Shown: positions 26,167 through 34,921 of the stretch, piece after piece | Layout of the letters: every line of letters begins with the position of its first letter | Position numbering within the stretch: position 1 is the first letter of the stretch | Source of the DNA: an uncultured Bdellovibrionales bacterium | Lineage (GTDB): Bacteria; Patescibacteriota; Minisyncoccia; Moranbacterales; GWC2-37-73 | Direction of reading: 5' to 3' | Assembly (NCBI GenBank): GCA_964484505.1 | Contig: CAZAFB010000001.1 | Coordinates: 9,974 to 73,973, forward strand | Length of the DNA stretch: 64,000 nt | Notes under the pieces: generated by a model | Databases searched by the model: none | The model's input: only the letters and a program-made list of their open reading frames with translations | What the model was told of the DNA's origin: nothing | Made by a program: the position numbers and the translations under genes

Positions 26167-26194
26167 ATTATAACATCAAATCGTACTATGTCAA
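26167..26194 (-). promoter_or_regulatory. Consensus sigma70 promoter for the 45-aa peptide
   Basis: Minus strand TTGACA-16-TATAAT with TGn extension. Confidence 0.75.
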
Positions 26195-26200
26195 TGCTTT

Positions 26201-26710
26201 TCAGGGGGTGTCAATTATATCTTCGGTAACGCGGTTTTTGCAGGTCTTCTTGACTCCGCTATCCTCTATTTTATCGCAAATTTTAAGATCTTTTTTGCTG
26301 ACAGCCAGATCCTTATAACAATAGTCTTTGTCTAAATCTTCCAGACTATCGCAACCGTCGGCTTTTTCATTTACCGACGAAAGACCGCATACCTGTTTGC
26401 AGTAATCCAGATCTTCTTTTTCCGTATACTCTTTGCAGTTATTGTTGCAATCTTGAGTTGATATTTGCAAGAACTGATCGTCCTGAGGCAGATCTTCATC
26501 TATAACCTCCGGAGCTTCTTCTTCGGGCATATCCCCATTGTCTTCATCTGACAATTCGTTCTCATCTGCCTCCTTAGCTGCTTGATCTTGAGACGCATTC
26601 TTTTCGTTAGGTCCTCCATAACGACCAAAGATGATAGGCCAACCCCAATAAGCCAAAGCTGCCAGACCAATTATAAAAAATGCGATGCCTACTTTGGAAG
26701 ATGTCTTCAT
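26201..26710 (-). CDS. Membrane-anchored acidic, Cys-rich surface protein
   Basis: N-terminal TM, D/E-rich linker, eight Cys in C-terminal domain; start at MKTSSK. Confidence 0.75.
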   Translation of the reverse strand: MKTSSKVGIAFFIIGLAALAYWGWPIIFGRYGGPNEKNASQDQAAKEADENELSDEDNGDMPEEEAPEVIDEDLPQDDQFLQISTQDCNNNCKEYTEKEDLDYCKQVCGLSSVNEKADGCDSLEDLDKDYCYKDLAVSKKDLKICDKIEDSGVKKTCKNRVTEDIIDTP

Positions 26711-26744
26711 ATGACTTTTGTGGTTATTATAACTTTTATAAAAC

Positions 26745-28151
26745 CTAATAAGCATTCAATAAGCGTATATCTGTGAAATAGTAGTGAAGTATATAGTCAT
26801 AGTCCTTGCCGTGGTCACGATCCAAAACAACAGAGCCGTTAGCGCTGAGACCAACCATATGATTTCCTTCAGCTTCAAGCTGGGCGGTTGATTTTGTAGG
26901 ATGCTTGCCATAGGGATCGCTAACTGATTTACACCATGGGTAATCAGTGGAGCCCCATCTTTCTTCGAAGCTTCTTGTTCTTCCGTCGGTCCAGGAAGAA
27001 TAGGGAGTAAGTGCTATTTCATTGCCGTGCATAACGATTTTGCTGCGGGTATTTTCAGCGGCGCTTTTGATGGAAGCATGAGCGGTTTCCCATTCATAAC
27101 CGTTATATATCTGATTTCCCGGTGTCGCACTGACTTTGAAACCTTCCTTGGCATATTTGGTGCTGAATTTCAATTTCCAATATCCATAAGTGCGGAAAAT
27201 AACGGTCATCACACGGGTATGTTGGGTATACAATCCTGTGGTTTCTCCCATGCCCCATACGTAATGTTCCATAGGCAGGATATTAATAGCCCAAATATTT
27301 TTGGAATCATCACTGTAACGAAGGCGCATCACGTCACGGTATTCATCATAGGAAGAATCGGGTCGGTGAGCGTTAAAAATAATGCTAGTGTTGTCTCCAT
27401 CGGCCGCGTCGAAAGTAACTTGGGTAGCAATCGTGGTATCAGAAATAGAATTGTATACTTTCAAATTGCCGTCAGAAAGATAGGTAACCTTGGTTACAGT
27501 AGTGCCATCTACTGATGCGGCAATCACATTTCCGCTGCCGTCCAAAATCCGATAGGCTTTGTTTGCTTCTATTTCAAATGGGTCGCTGCGCAGTCCATCG
27601 CGAGTATAACTCCACAATCCGACACTTATCTCCGGTCCCAAAGTGCCTCCACCCAAATCAGCCTCTCCTTTTTCTTGTGATTTTAAAAGTGCCTTATATC
27701 TTTCATATCCAGCCTTATATTCGCTGCCGCCATACTTTTTGTATTTGTCGTATGATGATTTGTTATATTTTTTGTATTTGGTGCAATATTCCTTGACGGG
27801 AACATAGTTTTTTTTGTATTTGCTATAGCGCCGGTATTGGTCTACGTAACGGGCATAGGAAGCATATTTCAAAGGATTTTGTTTGAAGAGCCGATATTTT
27901 TCGTAAGCATCCTTGTATTCCAAGCGTTCGGTCTGATCTTCAAATCCATATTTTTCTTTTGCTTTGGAACAATCTTTGTACTTATCTTTTTTCTTGTATT
28001 TCAAATATTGTTCGTATTTATAATAAAGATCGTAATCATCAGTGACCTCACTTTCATTGCTGCTAGTCTCGTCCTCGGCCATTGCCAAATATGCCTGAGG
28101 AAAGACAAGGGAAATTAAAATTAACAATATTATTATTCTTTTTTTTATCAT
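26745..28151 (-). CDS. Secreted SpoIID/LytB-domain protein with Tyr/Lys-rich N-terminal region
   Basis: INILPMEHYVWGMGE, RTY, QIYNG, GNHMVGLS, YDYILHYYF resemble SpoIID motifs; signal peptide. Confidence 0.8.
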   Translation of the reverse strand: MIKKRIIILLILISLVFPQAYLAMAEDETSSNESEVTDDYDLYYKYEQYLKYKKKDKYKDCSKAKEKYGFEDQTERLEYKDAYEKYRLFKQNPLKYASYARYVDQYRRYSKYKKNYVPVKEYCTKYKKYNKSSYDKYKKYGGSEYKAGYERYKALLKSQEKGEADLGGGTLGPEISVGLWSYTRDGLRSDPFEIEANKAYRILDGSGNVIAASVDGTTVTKVTYLSDGNLKVYNSISDTTIATQVTFDAADGDNTSIIFNAHRPDSSYDEYRDVMRLRYSDDSKNIWAINILPMEHYVWGMGETTGLYTQHTRVMTVIFRTYGYWKLKFSTKYAKEGFKVSATPGNQIYNGYEWETAHASIKSAAENTRSKIVMHGNEIALTPYSSWTDGRTRSFEERWGSTDYPWCKSVSDPYGKHPTKSTAQLEAEGNHMVGLSANGSVVLDRDHGKDYDYILHYYFTDIRLLNAY

Positions 28152-28223
28152 TTTTTTACTTTTTTAAAATCAAAAACTGCCATTATAATAATAGCAGCTT
28201 TTGCTGATTTTTTCCAATAGGGT

Positions 28224-28484
28224 CTACAGACCAAATTGGGCGTTGGAAAGTTCATTGCTGTCTATGTCTTCCGTGGCAGAGTTTATTTGAGAATCAATCT
28301 CTGAGATTTCTTTATCCACAGCCGCTTTTGGTTCACTTGGAATTGCATCTTCCTGATTCTGCGAAGGTTGTTTTTGAGGTTGCGTTTGACCTATCGGCTG
28401 AGTCTCGGTGGATTTTTTGTCGCCGCAGCCTGCTAATAGCAGAACTGCCAGAGGCAATAGGGCTAAAATGAAATAACGTTTCAT
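28224..28484 (-). CDS. Small putative lipoprotein
   Basis: Signal peptide ending in LLAGC lipobox. Confidence 0.7.
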   Translation of the reverse strand: MKRYFILALLPLAVLLLAGCGDKKSTETQPIGQTQPQKQPSQNQEDAIPSEPKAAVDKEISEIDSQINSATEDIDSNELSNAQFGL

Positions 28485-28501
28485 ATTTTTCTTTTTATAG
28501 T

Positions 28502-29230
28502 TTAGAGAGTTTTGTCGCTGGAGTTATCTGTGGTATCTTTTGGTTCGTCGGCATCCTCCGCTTCATTCTCTTGGGTGTCGGCATCTTCATCCGCGTCTGT
28601 TGGATTTAATGCCTCCAACTGTTTGCGTGCTTCTTGTAGGTGTGGTCGCAAAGTTGTTTGCAAAAAAGTTTTGATTGCTTGGCGGTCTTCTTTTATTGTC
28701 GGGATTATGCTGCGAGCTTCTCCTAACTGTTTGACAAACTCACCATCGGATTGTCCGCAAGTATTGCTTTTTGTTCCGCTAAGTTCAGTTATAAAGTTGG
28801 CATAATCAGTAGCTAATTTGTTGGTGAGTGATGCCAGTTGGGTTAAATCAGCTCTAAGATTGGTAACATCAACGCTCTTGCTCTCCAAAGTGTCAACCAG
28901 CTTGGTCAAGCGAGTATACATGTGCGCATACACCTTGTTAAGCGCATCTTGATTATTTTGGTAACGGTTGATGCGAGTGTCGATTCTGGTTTCGACGTTC
29001 TTGCACCATTGTTCGCGATTGGTTTTGCGTTGAGCTTGAAGCTCTTCTCTTTCCGTGCGAAGTTCTTCGCGGCGAGTTTGGATTTCTTCACGTTTTGCTT
29101 GATTGTCAACTTTGCGTTGAGCAATCTCTTCGCTTGTTGGCTTTACCGCTTCGGCATTTTGAGCAAAAATTCCCGAAAGCGGGATTGCCACTGCGATAGC
29201 GATCACCAAGAGCGCAGTTTTCTTGTTCAT
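28502..29230 (-). CDS. Secreted coiled-coil protein
   Basis: Signal peptide, long helical R/E/Q-rich region, acidic tail. Confidence 0.75.
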   Translation of the reverse strand: MNKKTALLVIAIAVAIPLSGIFAQNAEAVKPTSEEIAQRKVDNQAKREEIQTRREELRTEREELQAQRKTNREQWCKNVETRIDTRINRYQNNQDALNKVYAHMYTRLTKLVDTLESKSVDVTNLRADLTQLASLTNKLATDYANFITELSGTKSNTCGQSDGEFVKQLGEARSIIPTIKEDRQAIKTFLQTTLRPHLQEARKQLEALNPTDADEDADTQENEAEDADEPKDTTDNSSDKTL

Positions 29231-29347
29231 GTCGTTTTTTTAATATTTAGTTGCCACAGGGGGCTTAAATGATTATAACACTTTTTACATGTTTGCGCTA
29301 TTTCCGGCAAGAATATAAAATGAAGATGTAACACTTATCATATTGAC

Positions 29348-30283
29348 ATGGAAAAACCATTTTTATCGGTCGTTGTTCCTTTGTACAATGAAGAGGGGAA
29401 TGTGAAGGAATTGCATCGCCGAATCAACGAAGCTTGCAGTAAATTGGGAAAGCCTTTCGAAATCATTTTTGTAGATGACGGAAGCAAGGATGGAACGATC
29501 AAAGATTGCGAAGCGTTATCTCCGTTGACCCTGATTAAATTGCGAAAGAATTTCGGTCAAACTGCCGCCTTTGATGCCGGAATCAAACATGCTGCCGGTG
29601 ACATTGTCATTACTATGGACGGGGATCTTCAAAATGATCCGGCAGACATTCCTTTGCTTCTTAAAAAAATGGTCGAAGGGTATGACATCGTGTCCGGTTG
29701 GCGGTGGCGAAGAAAAGATACTTTCAGCAAAAAATTCTTTTCACGTGGAGCAAATCTGCTGCGCAAGGTTCTTTTGCATGACACCATCCATGACAGTGGG
29801 TGCAGCCTGAAGGCCTACAGAAGGGAATGTTTCAAGGGTATTGATCTGTTTGGAGAAATGCATCGTTTTATCCCGGCACTTTTGCAGCTCGAAGGTTTCA
29901 CGGTTGGCGAGGTTAAAGTTTCACATCACCCTCGTGTTCATGGAAAGACTAAATATAATTGGAAAAGGGCGATCAAAGGTTTTGCTGATATGATTTCAGT
30001 TTGGTTTTGGCGTAAATATTCCGGAAGGCCGCTTCATCTCTTCGGGGGCACCGGAATGGCAATGTCGCTTCTGGGCGGAGCGATCTTGATTTGGATGGCA
30101 GTGGAAAAGATCTTTTTCGGCGCTTCCATTTCAGAAAGGATCTGGCCCTTGATGGGAATATTCTTGGTTTTGGTCGGAATCCAGCTTTTCGTTTCCGGAT
30201 TACTTGCCGACATCATGGTCAAAAACTATTATCGTAACCACGGCAGAATGAACTATAACGTTAAGGAAGTAGTCGAACAATGA
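29348..30283 (+). CDS. Glycosyltransferase family 2 (ArnC/DPM1-like polyprenol-phosphate glycosyltransferase)
   Basis: VVPLYNEE, FVDDGSKD, RKNFGQTAA, MDGDLQNDP, two C-terminal TMs. Confidence 0.92.
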   Translation: MEKPFLSVVVPLYNEEGNVKELHRRINEACSKLGKPFEIIFVDDGSKDGTIKDCEALSPLTLIKLRKNFGQTAAFDAGIKHAAGDIVITMDGDLQNDPADIPLLLKKMVEGYDIVSGWRWRRKDTFSKKFFSRGANLLRKVLLHDTIHDSGCSLKAYRRECFKGIDLFGEMHRFIPALLQLEGFTVGEVKVSHHPRVHGKTKYNWKRAIKGFADMISVWFWRKYSGRPLHLFGGTGMAMSLLGGAILIWMAVEKIFFGASISERIWPLMGIFLVLVGIQLFVSGLLADIMVKNYYRNHGRMNYNVKEVVEQ

Positions 30284-30296
30284 AATAAATAGCTTA

Positions 30297-30429
30297 TATA
30301 TTTGCTTCTGGCAATTCTCGCTCCGGCGAAGCATTTTTAGGTGGCAGAACTCGCGGCACAGGAGTTAAAAACTTTTTTAACTCTTTTATATCACAGCGCC
30401 TTCGAAACGAATTGCTTTCAGCAAATATA
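30297..30429. other. Nested inverted-repeat structure (candidate structured RNA or miniature element)
   Basis: TATATTTGCT/AGCAAATATA, GCAATTC/GAATTGC, internal hairpins 30318-30329 and 30362-30383. Confidence 0.5.
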
Positions 30430-30503
30430 AAAGCCATAAATTATAAAAATTAACTGTCGAATTCACATTTGTACATTTGTACTGATTAGTAATTCATAGG
30501 GAT

Positions 30504-31835
30504 ATGAGGATTGCAGTCATTGGTACCGGTTATGTCGGTTCGGTCACGGGAGCTTGTTTTGCGGAAATGGGTAACAGCGTAATTTGTGTTGATCGTGACC
30601 CGAAAAAGGTGGAGATGTTTTCCAAAGGAAAAGTGCCTTTGCACGAAGGCGGATTGGAAGATTTAGTGCAGCGTAATTTGAAAAATAAAACTCTATCTTT
30701 CACCGTTAATCTTGAAAATGCTATCAAAGAAAGCGATATCGTTTTTATCGCTGTCGGCACTCCTCCAAATGAGGATGGAAGCGCTGATTTAAGTCATGTT
30801 TTGGACGTGGCGCATTCAATAGGTAAAGCCATGGATCACCGCCTGATCGTTGTTGACAAATCAACGGTGCCTGTTGGAACCGCCGATCTTGTAAGAGAAG
30901 CAATCTCCGAAGAGCTTGCCAAAAGAGGGGATGATATCGAATTTCATGTAGCCAGCAATCCAGAATTTCTAGCCCAAGGCACAGCAGTTAAAGATTTTAT
31001 GGAGCCTAGTAGGGTTGTCATTGGAGCCGATGAACCGGAGGTGATTGAAAAACTTCAGGAGTTATACGATCCTTTTATGCGTCGGGAGGGCAGATTCTTC
31101 GCTATGGATCCCAAGACGGCAGAAATTGTCAAATATGCTTCCAATTGTTTTTTGGCAGCCAAGATATCAGTCAACAACGAACTTGCCAATATCTGTTCAA
31201 GAGCCGGAGCAGATTTTGACCATGTACGCAGGGCGATGGGAGCAGATCCGCGTATCGGAGAACCGTTCATGTATGCGGGACCGGGATTCGGGGGATCTTG
31301 TTTTCCGAAAGACGTGAAAGCACTGATCAAGACGGCCAAGGATTTCGGTTATGATGCGACAATGTTCAAACAGACCTTGGATACAAATGAAAAACAAAAA
31401 CACGTTTTGGCACAGATGGTGATTGATGAGTTGGGGGAAGATTTAAAAGGGAAGATATTTGCAGTATGGGGATTGGCTTTCAAAGCGGGGACAGATGACA
31501 TGCGGGAATCTTCCGCGATCACTATTATCAATGAGTTGATTTCCAAAGGAGCAAAAATCCAAGCCCACGATCCCGAAGCTATGGTCATGGCTCAGACCCC
31601 GGAGTATTTCGGTGATAATCCGGTAATTGAATATTTCGAAAACAAACGGGACGCTTTGGACGGCGCAGACGCTTTGCTGATTGTCACGGAATGGAAGGAA
31701 TTTCGCACGCCTGATTTTGAGGAAATCAAAAAACGCCTCAAGAGACCTTTGATATTCGACGGACGTTTGCTGTATGAACCAAAAAAAATGAAAGAAATGG
31801 GATTCAATTATAGATCGATAGGAAGGGGGAAATGA
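30504..31835 (+). CDS. ugd: UDP-glucose 6-dehydrogenase
   Basis: IGTGYVG, KSTVPVGT, SNPEFL, GFGGSCFPKD, FKAGTDDMRES. Confidence 0.95.
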   Translation: MRIAVIGTGYVGSVTGACFAEMGNSVICVDRDPKKVEMFSKGKVPLHEGGLEDLVQRNLKNKTLSFTVNLENAIKESDIVFIAVGTPPNEDGSADLSHVLDVAHSIGKAMDHRLIVVDKSTVPVGTADLVREAISEELAKRGDDIEFHVASNPEFLAQGTAVKDFMEPSRVVIGADEPEVIEKLQELYDPFMRREGRFFAMDPKTAEIVKYASNCFLAAKISVNNELANICSRAGADFDHVRRAMGADPRIGEPFMYAGPGFGGSCFPKDVKALIKTAKDFGYDATMFKQTLDTNEKQKHVLAQMVIDELGEDLKGKIFAVWGLAFKAGTDDMRESSAITIINELISKGAKIQAHDPEAMVMAQTPEYFGDNPVIEYFENKRDALDGADALLIVTEWKEFRTPDFEEIKKRLKRPLIFDGRLLYEPKKMKEMGFNYRSIGRGK

Positions 31836-31915
31836 TAGGAATCAAGCAGTTGTTGGTGGATTTATATTGTAAACTGTCTCGATAAAAGCATAGACTGAAT
31901 GATTGGAAAAAGTTA

Positions 31916-31945
31916 AAAGCCGCTCTGGATTTCCGGGGCGGCTTT
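31916..31945. terminator. Bidirectional terminator
   Basis: AAAGCCGCTCTGGA..TCCGGGGCGGCTTT. Confidence 0.7.
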
Positions 31946-31972
31946 ATTAGAAACTATTTGCTTATCATAATA

Positions 31973-32251
31973 TCACAGGGAAGAACTGCTGGATGCTGAA
32001 AGGACCACAGAAGAACTATTTTCCTCCAGAAAAAGCCTGAAATTTTTCCAGGTGGCTACGTCCAAGAAGTATCTTTCCAGGGCGAAGGCCACTTTTTCAT
32101 TGGGACAAATCTTTATTTTTATAAAAATAGGATCTGAATTTACCTCGTTTTTTTTGAAGAAATTTCTGACCTCAGATATGATTTCTTCAAAATCTTTTTT
32201 TTCAGCTTCATTCAAGATTGCTACTGATGGCAGCATTTGCGCTTCTGTCAT
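31973..32251 (-). CDS. Hypothetical protein (92 aa)
   Basis: SD AAGGGAG before ATG 32251, 1 nt after upstream stop. Confidence 0.6.
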   Translation of the reverse strand: MTEAQMLPSVAILNEAEKKDFEEIISEVRNFFKKNEVNSDPIFIKIKICPNEKVAFALERYFLDVATWKNFRLFLEENSSSVVLSASSSSSL

Positions 32252-32252
32252 T

Positions 32253-32465
32253 TTATTCTCCCTTCTCGATGATTTCAATTTGGATGCGGTGCTCCTGGAA
32301 CAGGACCTTGCTCAGATAATTAAGAGCCTTTTTGTTTAATTTCTTTTCAATAGTAAAAGAAACAATCCGGGGGTCTTTCTCGCGAACCCTTCTTACAGAT
32401 TCAATTGTTTCAACGACCACTTGTCTATGCTTTCCCAATTTGTCGAAATAATTTGGAAACGACAT
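32253..32465 (-). CDS. Hypothetical protein (70 aa)
   Basis: SD AAGGGGGT; promoter TTGACA-17-CATAAT at 32548-32520. Confidence 0.6.
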   Translation of the reverse strand: MSFPNYFDKLGKHRQVVVETIESVRRVREKDPRIVSFTIEKKLNKKALNYLSKVLFQEHRIQIEIIEKGE

Positions 32466-32594
32466 CCACCCCCCTTTCTGTTGTAAAAGGACAAAACAAA
32501 AAACAAATAGTTGCTATTAATTATGAATAATTGAAGCTAATATGTCAACAGTATCTATGGATTATACTCCGAAAATATGTTAAAATGGCGACAT

Positions 32595-33752
32595 ATGCGT
32601 ATATTATTTTTCAACTACGAATACCCGCCGCTTGGAGGGGGAGCAGGCAATGCTTCCAAATATATTCTGCAGCAATATGCCAAAATGCCTGATGTCGAGG
32701 TTGATTTTGTTACTTCTTCCATTGACCAAAAATATCATCTTGAAAATATCGGTGAAAATATCAGAATTCATCGACTACCGATTGGCAAAAACAGTATGGG
32801 TTTGCATTATCAAACCAAAGGAGACCTCATTCGTTATACTCGCATGGCCTGGAAATTTTCGCTAAAGCTAACCAAGGAAAACAACTATGATTTATCGCAT
32901 TCTTTTTTCTCAGTTCCTTGTGGAGCTTTGTCGCTTGGTCTTAAATTAAGAAGAAAATTGCCATACATAGTTTCGCTGCGCGGTGCGGACGTACCGGGAT
33001 ATAGCGAGAGATTCAAATCTCTCTATGGCATTCTTACTCCAATCATAAAAATGATCTGGAAGAACGCAGCTTTTGTGATGTCCAACAGTAAAGGACTCAG
33101 GCAGCTTGCCTTGCTAAGTGATCCAAATAGGGAGATAGGCATAATACCCAATGGCGTGGATACGGAGATGTTCCACCCTTCTGAAGAAACCGAGACAAAG
33201 GAATATTTTGAAATTCTTTGTGTTTCAAGGATTACACCGCGCAAGGGCATCAGATTTCTGATAAAAGCCCTGGAAAAATTTATTGTTGAAAATCCCTACG
33301 TTCATCTGACAATCATTGGCGATGGCAATGAAAAAGAGTCACTGGAAAATTTGGTGAGAGGTCTAGGTTTGGCGCATAATGTAACTTTCAAAGGCTTAAT
33401 CCCACATGATCACTTGCCGGAAGAATATCAGAGGGCGGATGTTTTTGTATTGCCATCTCTGAATGAGGGCATGAGCAACACAATGTTGGAGGCGGTGGCT
33501 TCCGGGCTACCCATTGTTGCAACGCAAACCGGAGGCAGTGACGAATTGGTATGTGACGGTGCAAATGGTTTGATCGTGAGAATGCAGGATAGTGATGATT
33601 TGGCGGAAAAATTGTCTACACTGATTAAACAAGAGCAGATGCGATCTGAAATGGGCAAAAAAAGCAGGGAATTAGCCTTGACTCTGAGCTGGGAAAGCGT
33701 AGCCAAACAATATGTTGGATTATATCGGGAGATTGCAAATAATAAGAATTAA
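32595..33752 (+). CDS. Glycosyltransferase family 4
   Basis: YEYPPLGGGAG, RKG, LPSLNEGMSNTMLEA. Confidence 0.92.
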   Translation: MRILFFNYEYPPLGGGAGNASKYILQQYAKMPDVEVDFVTSSIDQKYHLENIGENIRIHRLPIGKNSMGLHYQTKGDLIRYTRMAWKFSLKLTKENNYDLSHSFFSVPCGALSLGLKLRRKLPYIVSLRGADVPGYSERFKSLYGILTPIIKMIWKNAAFVMSNSKGLRQLALLSDPNREIGIIPNGVDTEMFHPSEETETKEYFEILCVSRITPRKGIRFLIKALEKFIVENPYVHLTIIGDGNEKESLENLVRGLGLAHNVTFKGLIPHDHLPEEYQRADVFVLPSLNEGMSNTMLEAVASGLPIVATQTGGSDELVCDGANGLIVRMQDSDDLAEKLSTLIKQEQMRSEMGKKSRELALTLSWESVAKQYVGLYREIANNKN

Positions 33753-33799
33753 GATCCTTAAGATGCTTAAGTTTCTTAATAATCTTAAGAAAGTGGCTG

Positions 33800-34732
33800 A
33801 TGAAAAATAGCAAACTTCTAAAATTTATTCTGAAACTTGCGGTTACGTTTGCGCTTGTTGCTTGGCTTATTTTTAAAATTGATTGGAATCTGTTTCTGGA
33901 ACTTCTGCGCGAAGTTTCCTTTTGGGGTGTTTGCATTTTTATAGTCGTATATGTTGCCAGTGTCTTCTTTTCGGCTTTCAAGTGGAAGTATATTGCAGCT
34001 AATGTGGGGATGAAAATGAGCGTGTGGCAAAGCTTTCATCGATATCTCACCGGTTCTTTTATCAATACTTTTTTGCCCTCGACGATCGGCGGTGACACCT
34101 ATCGCGCCTTGGCTTTGGCTGGAAAAAACGGCAGCAAAAAACATGCTGCGGCAACAGTGGTTATGGACAGAATAAGCGGGCTGGTTGTTACGGTTATTTT
34201 TGCGATAATTTTCGGACTTTCCAATGAGGCTGTGAGAAAAAACGATTGGCTGATGTCCATCGTTGTCATGATGATTGTCGGCCTAATTTGTTTTTTGCTG
34301 TTTATGCTTTTTTCTAAAACAACTTTTGCCAAAAAAATAGCAAACTATTTTCCCGAATCGGTTAAGCCGATTCTTGCAACACTTCAGCAATTCAACAATA
34401 AAAAAGCGATTTCTTCCATGAGTTTTTGGACCTCACTGTATGTTTTTGCCGGTCCGGCGGCAGTCAACTACGCTTCATTTCAAGCGCTGCATATCCCCAT
34501 AGGTTTGGATGATTTTTTGTCGGTCGTTTTCATGGCAAGTGTCATCATCGCGCTGCCAATAAGTGTCGGCAATATTGGCCTTAAGGAATGGGCGTATGTC
34601 GCCTTGTTTGGCATTTTCGGTGTAGTGGCACCGCAAGCCGTGGCAGTTGCTCTTTTCGGCAGATTTTTGATGATGCTGGTCAATGCGGCCGCATTGCCGA
34701 TGTATCTTAGAAATAAGAAATCATTAACTTGA
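33800..34732 (+). CDS. LPG-synthase TM / flippase-like membrane protein (UPF0104)
   Basis: FINTFLPSTIGGD, DRISG, LPISVGNIGLKE motifs; multiple TMs. Confidence 0.88.
   Translation: MKNSKLLKFILKLAVTFALVAWLIFKIDWNLFLELLREVSFWGVCIFIVVYVASVFFSAFKWKYIAANVGMKMSVWQSFHRYLTGSFINTFLPSTIGGDTYRALALAGKNGSKKHAAATVVMDRISGLVVTVIFAIIFGLSNEAVRKNDWLMSIVVMMIVGLICFLLFMLFSKTTFAKKIANYFPESVKPILATLQQFNNKKAISSMSFWTSLYVFAGPAAVNYASFQALHIPIGLDDFLSVVFMASVIIALPISVGNIGLKEWAYVALFGIFGVVAPQAVAVALFGRFLMMLVNAAALPMYLRNKKSLT
34667..34705 (+). repeat. Direct repeat copy 1 (3' end of flippase-like gene)
   Basis: TTGATGATGCTGGTCAATGCGGCCGCATTGCCGATGTAT, 38/39 identical to 36164-36202. Confidence 0.92.
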
Positions 34733-34737
34733 AATAT

Positions 34738-34911
34738 ATGCAAGAGCAAAAAATAAACGAGCAGGTAGTTGCTGAAATTGAAAGAATCCATGCTGAATAT
34801 ATTGAAAAAATTAATGAATTGAAAAAAGAGAAAAAGTTGCTTATCGAAGAAATGGTTTCCAAATTAGAAGAAAAAAAGAAAGAAGAATTGATGAAAAAAA
34901 TCAAAATGTAA
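34738..34911 (+). CDS. Small charged coiled-coil protein
   Basis: 57-aa E/K-rich ORF. Confidence 0.6.
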   Translation: MQEQKINEQVVAEIERIHAEYIEKINELKKEKKLLIEEMVSKLEEKKKEELMKKIKM

Positions 34912-34921
34912 GAAAAATTAT

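Noticed and set aside
30297-30429. Hammerhead ribozyme or known riboswitch
   Set aside because: CGAAAC is present but the CTGANGA core is not; no riboswitch consensus recognised
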